A stretch of 64,000 bases of DNA from Rickettsiales bacterium. GTDB lineage: Bacteria > Pseudomonadota > Alphaproteobacteria > UBA8366. A program made the position numbers and the translations under genes. Within the stretch, counting starts at the first letter, position 1; the number at the start of each line of letters is the position of its first letter. The notes beneath the pieces were generated by a model. It had not been told where the DNA came from, did no database searches, and saw nothing but the letters and a program-made list of their open reading frames with translations. The stretch is taken from the NCBI GenBank assembly GCA_002724555.1, contig PBOZ01000059.1:66414-130413 (forward strand), given 5' to 3'. Shown in pieces: positions 9,185-16,158 of this stretch.

Positions 9185-10441
9185 GTGGCGAGATCAGTCG
9201 TCTTTGTTTTAAAAGGGTACCCCCGGCTTTCGGAAACATTCATTGCGCAGGAGATAGCTGCACTTGAGAAGCGTGGTGCGCGGATACGTATTGTTTCGCT
9301 TCGGTATCCAACCGATACAGAACGTCATCCGATCCATTCCGAGATCAAGGCGCCAGTACGTTATCTACCAGAATATTTACACAATGAACCGATCCTCATT
9401 ATTCGGGCGTGGCTGCGACAAAGACGCCGCCAGACATTTCGAACAGCTATAAAGATATGGTGGCGTGACTTTAAGCGCGGACCGGTTCGTGAAAGGTTGA
9501 GACACTTTGGACAGGCGATCGTTCTTGCCGACGAACTTGAAGACGATTGCCGCCATCTCCATGCCCATTTCCTTCATTCACCGGCATCAGTCACACGTTA
9601 CGCGGCGCTCATTTGTGGCCTAAATTGGAGCTGTTCTGCGCATGCGAAGGATATCTGGACAACGCCAGATTGGGAAAAGGCTGAAAAACTTGCGGCGATG
9701 TCCTGGCTTGTGACTTGCACTGAAGTAGGGCGTGCCCATTTGGCGGCGTTGGCACCTGCCGAAGATCGCGTCCAGTTGGTTTATCATGGACTAGACTTTG
9801 AACGTTTTGAAGAGTTCCGAAGAACTGTGACCCGGCGCAATGGCCGAAATCCGGCGGACCCACTCCGTATTTTGTCTGTTGGACGTGCCGTGCCCAAGAA
9901 GGGCTATGATGTTCTCCTGCGTGCGCTAGGAAATTTGCCAACGGAGTTGAACTGGGAGTTCGTGCATATTGGAGGTGGCTCAAACCTTGACGCTATGAAA
10001 GAACAAGCGAAGAAGCTTGGAATCGAAAAGTGTGTCACATTTAGGGGGCCGCAAGCACAGGCATCAGTTCTTTCAGCTTATCGCTCCGCGGATATTTTTG
10101 TATTGGCATGTCGGATCGCTGAGAATGGCGACCGCGATGGTCTGCCGAATGTTTTGCTTGAGGCGCAAAGTCAAGGGCTCCCCTGCATTTCGACGCGGGT
10201 CTCTGCCATACCGGAACTTGTTATAGATGGGGAGAGTGGTCTGCTAGTGCCACAGGAAGATGACGCGTCGATTGCCACCGCGCTAGAAAATTTAATTTCG
10301 AATCCAGCGCTTCGACACCGTTTGGGTGAGGCGGGCTTTCTTCGCGTACGTGAAACCTTTTCTCACGAAAAGGGGATTGCGACTTTAGCCAACAAGTTTG
10401 GCTGGACCGATAAGGATGGCTCTCTTCGGGAGAGTGCTTAG
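9185..10441 (+). CDS. Glycosyltransferase family 4 (WcaL-like)
   Basis: 418 aa. GTG start 9 nt after the previous stop. N-terminus is VVFVLKGYPRLSETFIAQEI. The GT4 E-x7-E region is LLEAQSQGLPCISTRVSAIPELVIDGESGLLV. Confidence 0.85.
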   Translation: MARSVVFVLKGYPRLSETFIAQEIAALEKRGARIRIVSLRYPTDTERHPIHSEIKAPVRYLPEYLHNEPILIIRAWLRQRRRQTFRTAIKIWWRDFKRGPVRERLRHFGQAIVLADELEDDCRHLHAHFLHSPASVTRYAALICGLNWSCSAHAKDIWTTPDWEKAEKLAAMSWLVTCTEVGRAHLAALAPAEDRVQLVYHGLDFERFEEFRRTVTRRNGRNPADPLRILSVGRAVPKKGYDVLLRALGNLPTELNWEFVHIGGGSNLDAMKEQAKKLGIEKCVTFRGPQAQASVLSAYRSADIFVLACRIAENGDRDGLPNVLLEAQSQGLPCISTRVSAIPELVIDGESGLLVPQEDDASIATALENLISNPALRHRLGEAGFLRVRETFSHEKGIATLANKFGWTDKDGSLRESA

Positions 10442-11624
10442 GGAGGTGCCGAATGTTGGCTACTGGGTCTGCGTCGTGAGCAAATCTGGAAAACCCAGAG
10501 TGTTTTTCTACGTTCAACACTTACTTGGTATTGGGCATCTCCGGCGTACAGAATTGTTGTGTAAGGAGTTTTCCAAAACAGGATTTAGCGTGACGTTGGT
10601 TATGGGCGGTCGCTCCTTTGGGAAGCTGAATGTCGGCGGCACGGAAATTATTAGGTTGCCCTCCTTAGCTGTGGGCTCTGATGGTTTCCATCAGCTTATA
10701 GATTGCAATGGATCTGCTGTTGATGAAGCATGGAAATGCGCCCGAAGTGACCAATTGTGTGCCGCATTCGAAGAGAGGTCTCCCAATATTTTAATTACTG
10801 AGGCATTTCCATTTGGGCGACGGCAGATGCGGTTCGAGCTAAACCCACTTCTGGAGATGGCACATTCCTCAAAGAGGCGACCACTTACAGTATGCTCCGT
10901 GCGCGATATTTTAAAATCAGAACGAAAGCTGGGGCGGGCGGAGGAGACAGTCGATACAATTTCTGAATTCTACGACCTTGTTCTCGTGCATGGCGATCCA
11001 AATTTTGTTCGTCTTGAGAATTCGTTTCCACTTGTATCTAAGATATCTGATAAAATTTGTTACACTGGTATTGTTGCACCTTCACGGAATATCGCATCGA
11101 ACATTATACGAACAGGCGGTGTTCTTGTATCGGCTGGCGGTGGCGCGGTGGGACAGGCACTTTTTGAAGCCGCGCTCGGAGCACGTGCGATGAGCCAGTT
11201 TTCTGACCATCCGTGGCGTTTCCTTGTTGGCCCAAATTTAGAATGGGGAACCTTTGATGCACTGCGTCGAGCTGCGCCGAATGGCGTTATCGTCGAGCGC
11301 TATAGGGATGATTTTCGATCTCTATTGTTGTCTTGTGACGTATCGGTTTCACAAGCGGGTTACAACACAGTTGCCGATATATTAATAGCGGGCACGCCAG
11401 CTGTGTTTGTAGCATTTGATGGCGATCGCGAAAATGAGCAGCCACAGCGCGCTCGTATGATGGAAGAATTGGGGCGCGCCGAATCTCTGATGATGTCTGC
11501 ACTTACGCCGGAACGCCTAGCTATTGCAATCGATCGTGCGGTTACAAAAGATGTCGCTAATTCGAAATTTGATCTATATGGCGCCAGAGCCTCGGCGGAT
11601 ATCTTGGCGTCAGCGATAGCATAG
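10416..11624 (+). CDS. Glycosyltransferase, GT28 C-terminal-domain / COG4671-like (paralogue of 7955-9175)
   Basis: Same architecture as 7955-9175: VFFYVQHLLGIGHLRRTELLCKEF, VLVSAGGGAVGQAL and QAGYNTVADILIAGTPAVFV. The start is uncertain (ATG 10416, GTG 10476 or GTG 10500). The ORF overlaps the GT4 stop. Confidence 0.72.
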   Translation: MALFGRVLREVPNVGYWVCVVSKSGKPRVFFYVQHLLGIGHLRRTELLCKEFSKTGFSVTLVMGGRSFGKLNVGGTEIIRLPSLAVGSDGFHQLIDCNGSAVDEAWKCARSDQLCAAFEERSPNILITEAFPFGRRQMRFELNPLLEMAHSSKRRPLTVCSVRDILKSERKLGRAEETVDTISEFYDLVLVHGDPNFVRLENSFPLVSKISDKICYTGIVAPSRNIASNIIRTGGVLVSAGGGAVGQALFEAALGARAMSQFSDHPWRFLVGPNLEWGTFDALRRAAPNGVIVERYRDDFRSLLLSCDVSVSQAGYNTVADILIAGTPAVFVAFDGDRENEQPQRARMMEELGRAESLMMSALTPERLAIAIDRAVTKDVANSKFDLYGARASADILASAIA

Positions 11625-11635
11625 ATGGCGTAGCT

Positions 11636-12319
11636 TTATCTGCGACCAATCAACATGAAGCGCGTATATTTGTCGAGATTTAGTTCGCCTGCGAACAATA
11701 GATCGCGCATTGGCGCTTGCTCCTGAAATGCGATCAGATCGGCCTGGCAATTGATGTGTTCTGGTTCGGAAAAGTAATCATTGGATTGAAGAACCAGAAG
11801 TGTATCTTTCGGCAGGGCCTCGAACCAGGTTGAGAATTCAACTAAATGTTCGCAACTTGTATTGATCACAAGGTCTGGTCGATTACCTATTTCCTGATCA
11901 TTGATCGTAACTCTTTCTAAGCCATAATTAAGGTCGAGGATGTTGGCGGAGTGGGTAGAAAATAGACCGTGTTCAATACCCGTGGCATTCAAGTTCTCAG
12001 CAATAGGTGCGCAACTCGGGTCGATATCAAAACTTGTAATGTGATCAATATTGAAGCGGTTATCGTGAATTAGTAGTGAAGCGAGTACCCCATACCAACC
12101 TCCGAGAATATGGACCGATCCGAGATTGCTGCCCTGTGTTTGGTGCAAACAATCAAGGAGCCAGAGCTTCGATGCTGTTTGACGTTTATTTAAGGCATTT
12201 CCCAAACTCGACATCGGGAAATTTAGAGCGGTATTGCGAATATCGTTAATAAAGCGGCTGTCATAAAACAGGGACAGGCCGTCCAGTATATCTTTATAGA
12301 ACTGGTCTTTCTTTAACAT
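11636..12319 (-). CDS. Putative class I SAM-dependent methyltransferase-like protein
   Basis: 227 aa. Motif-I-like VHILGGWYGVLASLL is followed by an acidic beta-2 end, ITSFDIDPSC. The stop lies 11 nt from the convergent GT gene stop. Assignment is tentative. Confidence 0.5.
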   Translation of the reverse strand: MLKKDQFYKDILDGLSLFYDSRFINDIRNTALNFPMSSLGNALNKRQTASKLWLLDCLHQTQGSNLGSVHILGGWYGVLASLLIHDNRFNIDHITSFDIDPSCAPIAENLNATGIEHGLFSTHSANILDLNYGLERVTINDQEIGNRPDLVINTSCEHLVEFSTWFEALPKDTLLVLQSNDYFSEPEHINCQADLIAFQEQAPMRDLLFAGELNLDKYTRFMLIGRR

Positions 12320-12437
12320 CCTGTATACCCGCAGTTTCAGCTAATCCTTGCGGATTATGGATTCAGAACAGATACACATTAGTTACAAAAAACCCAAATT
12401 TTCCGGCTAAAACAAAGGCTAACTAGAAGAATTCAGA

Positions 12438-15400
12438 CTATTCCGAGCTTTGGATCTGCGCTGTCATATTGTATAGCCGGTCGCTCATCACCCGCGCAAT
12501 ATGCGCAGCGAAATGCGGACTGCCTTCTAATAGCTCTAGGAACATTTCTTTCTTTAATTCTAAAACAGTGACGTCCGAATGTGCGCGGACTGTCGCAGAA
12601 CGCGGTTTGGTACTTAAGAGAGCCATATCACCTACTAGCTCATTCTGGTCGAGGTGGCTAACGATAATCTCTTCGTCGCCTTCACCGACTATAATATCAA
12701 CGGCACCCTCAAGAATGACATAGGCCGCATTACCAGTGTCACCCTGATGGAAAAGGTCTTCACCCTTTGAATAGGTCAGCCTTTCGCTTGTGAAAGCAAG
12801 TAACTTGAGGCGTGAGGCGTCCATTTCGGTAAAGAGCGGGACTTGGCCCAAGGCGGAAATTTCGGCGTTCAGAAGTGTACCGCCATGTTCATCTTCGACA
12901 TCGACAACATCCACGCTTTCGTCGCTCACATCGAGAGGGGTAGCCTCGGCAATACGTTCTTCGATACGACCATTACGGACGACCAAGACCTGATCAAACT
13001 CGCTAGTATCTGGCATCTCGCTGTCAATCCAAATGAGTGTTGATGTTGGCAGTAAAATGCAGAGTTTTCGCCGTATGCGATCTCGTGTTTCGCGATCATG
13101 AGCGCTTAGCGCTTCGTTGATAACAAGGATCTCTGGACGTTTAATAAGGCTTCGAACCAAGGCGATGCTCTGTCGTGCAGCGAGCGGTATGCGACGTCCG
13201 CCGATGCCGACGTTGAAATCAGCAGCAGTTAGGATGATTTCATCAGTCAATTCCATTTCGTCAAGCACTTCTCGCAATACCGTGTCGACTTTCTCTTCTG
13301 CGTGCGGTCGGCCAGCATTTACCCGTCCCATGACCAAGTTTGAGCGAAGCGGCAGCCGTTCGTTAAACTTTTCAGGGTCGAAGAACGCAATTGCTTCATT
13401 GCTATCGTCTTCGAATTGATCTCGGAATTTCCGTCGTGCTTCCAAAATTTGAGACTGCATCTTGTCGTCTATATGCCCAAGTCGATGTCGTTCGACAACC
13501 AATTGACATGTGAGAGAAATCAACCTTGCGGTATCTTCTTCGTTGAGAACGTCATTACCGTCGCGTTTTGCGAGAGCAACAATGCGTTTTAACTCCTGAA
13601 GTGAATCGTCGTCGACAAAACTGTATTCTTCAAAGATCGGGTCGTCGGCAGACATACCGTCAAACATATCTATAAGGGTTGCCGCGGTATGCATTCCGAT
13701 GTCGCGGAAGCGATTTGTAAGGTCACATTGGTTGAGCACGGAGAGGATTGCTTCGTTCTCAGCTAAATGGTCGATGGCGAATTTGTCGTCGATTGCTTCT
13801 CCAAAAATCAGATTGGCTCCGACCGTTGCGCTTACATTGTATTTTTCAAAGTCGAATGGATGAATGAGGTCAGCCAACTCCGAATCCGACTGCATTTTCT
13901 TTAAAATAGACTGCCGGGCTTGAACAATTTTTGCTGGTAAATCAGCCTTAATGTCCGGATCAATTGTCATATTCATGGCACGGCCATACATGAAATCGTC
14001 GAGTTCCACGGCGCGGAGTGTTTCGTGCCACCAGCTTGATAGCTCATCTTGGTTGGAGACACCGACGTCATCTAAATTTATCCATTCGGCATCTATTGCA
14101 TGTGCAACATTGCCTGAAGAAACCGCTTCTTTTCGATCTGTTATACGCTCTGGCGTGTCATCAGGTGTAATGACAGGCATATGTTTTAGGCCATAGAAAA
14201 CATTGTACCCAATGGTACCGTCGAATACGTACGAATCCGGACCGGCATACCCCACCCGTCGCCCAATGACCGCTTCATGCATACCTGATAGATTCTGGTC
14301 GGCGATGGAAATTCGCCCTTGGGAAGGTTGAATAAGCCGTGTCAGGATATAGGAAAGATTATCTCGGCCACTGCCACCCGCAACAATAGCTATACGGCTG
14401 CCTGGCGCTGCGTCAAAGGAAATACTATCAAGCGACTTGACACCGTCTTCATCTGCAATCGAGACGTTGCTAAGTGAGACATTGCCGGCAAGCGACGGAA
14501 TTGTGTCTGGTCTGCCAGTAATCCCTAAGTCTTCGGGGATCATATCTGCAGGATCGAATTGCTCCATAACCTGCTGATATTTGATTTTTGCATCCATCAT
14601 ACGTTGATAATATTTGAGCAATTCTTTCCAGGGCTGCATCAACTGGCTGTAGGCGCCAAGCACTGCGACCAGCTGGCCGATATCAAGATTGCCCCGCAGG
14701 ATAAGGACGCCGCCAACCGAGTAGAAAAGAAGCGGTGTTAGTTTTAACAGAAAGTTGTTCAGGAACTTTAGGAATGCTTTGCCCTGATAAATTTTCATTC
14801 GAACTTTGAAAATGCCCGAAAGGTGGTGTGTGAAATCTGCGAGTGAGTACGCTGACGTATCATGTGTATGTATATCATTAATACCTGACACGGCTTCGCT
14901 AATACGTCCCGCGACACCTCGGATGCGGACGACCCGCTCTTTTGCGAGCAGGTTAATTTTCTTTTGCAGTTTTGGGATGATGTAGGCTTGCAACGGTATT
15001 ATCGAAATACTGGCAAGGCCCATTATTGGATCTTGTATGAAAACAAATAGCAGCACTGTCAACATCGTGCCACCTTGGAAAAGGGGAAGTTCAACCGCAT
15101 CCGCAAAAAATTGACTGAAAGGTTCTACCTCGGCGGTGATCATCGAAGTGACTTCGCCTTGAGAGGTTTTCTGGAATTGTTTTAGTGGAAACCGGTGAAT
15201 TCGCTCAAACAGTTGAAAGCGTAAACGCCGGAGTAATCGTTCGGAGGTAATCCCTTTAAAGATAAATAGCGACATCGTAATGCCGCCGTTGACGATTAAA
15301 AGTAAAAGAAAGAGAAAACATAGGGTCAATAGGTATTCGGTGTTGTCGAATTCAATGCCGAGGTACGTTCGTGGGAAAGCTTCCCCATCTGATTTCGATC

Positions 15401-15539
15401 CGAGGGCATCGTTAACGATTATTTTTGGTAATTCGAGAGCATAGTAAAGAAAGGGGAACGAAGCGAACGTCACGCATAGTATTACGAGTTGATATCCCTT
15501 ACTGTACCGCCAAATAAATCCGTATAGACCCTTTTCCAC
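12438..15539 (-). CDS. ABC-exporter-type membrane protein with a degenerate, expanded NBD and a C-terminal cyclic-nucleotide-binding domain
   Basis: 1033 aa. GTG start with a GAGGG SD. The parts are:
- aa 1-330: six-helix ABC_membrane-like TMD.
- aa ~350-865: NBD-like region.
- aa ~897-1015: cNMP-binding domain (FHQGDTGNAAYVILEGAV...GDMALLSTKPRSATVRA).

The NBD-like motifs are non-canonical:
- Walker A is AGGSGRDN.
- Signature is GIGGRR.
- Walker B is ILVINEA.
- H-loop position is LIWIDSE. Confidence 0.85.
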   Translation of the reverse strand: MEKGLYGFIWRYSKGYQLVILCVTFASFPFLYYALELPKIIVNDALGSKSDGEAFPRTYLGIEFDNTEYLLTLCFLFLLLLIVNGGITMSLFIFKGITSERLLRRLRFQLFERIHRFPLKQFQKTSQGEVTSMITAEVEPFSQFFADAVELPLFQGGTMLTVLLFVFIQDPIMGLASISIIPLQAYIIPKLQKKINLLAKERVVRIRGVAGRISEAVSGINDIHTHDTSAYSLADFTHHLSGIFKVRMKIYQGKAFLKFLNNFLLKLTPLLFYSVGGVLILRGNLDIGQLVAVLGAYSQLMQPWKELLKYYQRMMDAKIKYQQVMEQFDPADMIPEDLGITGRPDTIPSLAGNVSLSNVSIADEDGVKSLDSISFDAAPGSRIAIVAGGSGRDNLSYILTRLIQPSQGRISIADQNLSGMHEAVIGRRVGYAGPDSYVFDGTIGYNVFYGLKHMPVITPDDTPERITDRKEAVSSGNVAHAIDAEWINLDDVGVSNQDELSSWWHETLRAVELDDFMYGRAMNMTIDPDIKADLPAKIVQARQSILKKMQSDSELADLIHPFDFEKYNVSATVGANLIFGEAIDDKFAIDHLAENEAILSVLNQCDLTNRFRDIGMHTAATLIDMFDGMSADDPIFEEYSFVDDDSLQELKRIVALAKRDGNDVLNEEDTARLISLTCQLVVERHRLGHIDDKMQSQILEARRKFRDQFEDDSNEAIAFFDPEKFNERLPLRSNLVMGRVNAGRPHAEEKVDTVLREVLDEMELTDEIILTAADFNVGIGGRRIPLAARQSIALVRSLIKRPEILVINEALSAHDRETRDRIRRKLCILLPTSTLIWIDSEMPDTSEFDQVLVVRNGRIEERIAEATPLDVSDESVDVVDVEDEHGGTLLNAEISALGQVPLFTEMDASRLKLLAFTSERLTYSKGEDLFHQGDTGNAAYVILEGAVDIIVGEGDEEIIVSHLDQNELVGDMALLSTKPRSATVRAHSDVTVLELKKEMFLELLEGSPHFAAHIARVMSDRLYNMTAQIQSSE

Positions 15540-16019
15540 TGTTCAAGCCCTCTGTGGTTTAAATCGATAGCAGATATTCAAAAAGCGAATTTGGTTGGGC
15601 ATTGAAGAAAAAGTACCCTTAAAAAGTTAATCCGCCAAAAGATAGCCCTGCCAAGCGAAATATCCTGCTATCATACGCACCATCTGCGGTGCCTAATGCT
15701 ATTAAGAAACCTCTATCCAAAGCTCCCCAATACTATGAAATTTATTCACCTCTAGACAACCATCGAAAGTACAATACACTAAAATGACTAGTTTAACGGT
15801 GCATATTTAAAGTATGAAACGGACTTTTTAGGCTGTAATTACACCTATACCCAATTGGTCACTGGTAAATACGTGCAGTAAATTGGAAGGCCTCATATAG
15901 AACTGAATAACAAAATGTATTTGCCAATTATTTTTAATGAATTACGCCGAATCGGGATTGCTATATATCCAAAGTTGTTTTGACCGCCAAAAAAAAAGTT
16001 TTTGGCCCAGGTAATATAA

Positions 16020-16039
16020 CGAGCCGTCCGGACGGCTCG
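16020..16039 (-). terminator. Perfect 20-nt palindromic hairpin downstream of the ior gene (candidate terminator)
   Basis: CGAGCCGTCCGGACGGCTCG at 16020-16039, about 120 nt past the ior stop. On the minus strand it is followed by a second A/T hairpin (GCCAAAAA...TTTTTGGC) and a T9 run (15989-15997). Confidence 0.4.
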
Positions 16040-16158
16040 TCGGCCGCGGCCTTCCCTTTGTAATTTCCGGGAGGTAAAAAGAAGGATATTGCAGACGAAT
16101 TCGTTCCCTAAAAATATTTTTTATACAAGAAGGAAAAGACGTTTTCTTATTGAAGCTA

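Noticed and set aside
12342-12357. TAATCC-TTGC-GGATTA hairpin between the pseudo-ABC gene and the methyltransferase-like gene as a terminator.
   Set aside because: The stem is only 6 bp with no following U-tract on the minus strand. It could be an RNA processing or stability element, but the evidence is too thin.
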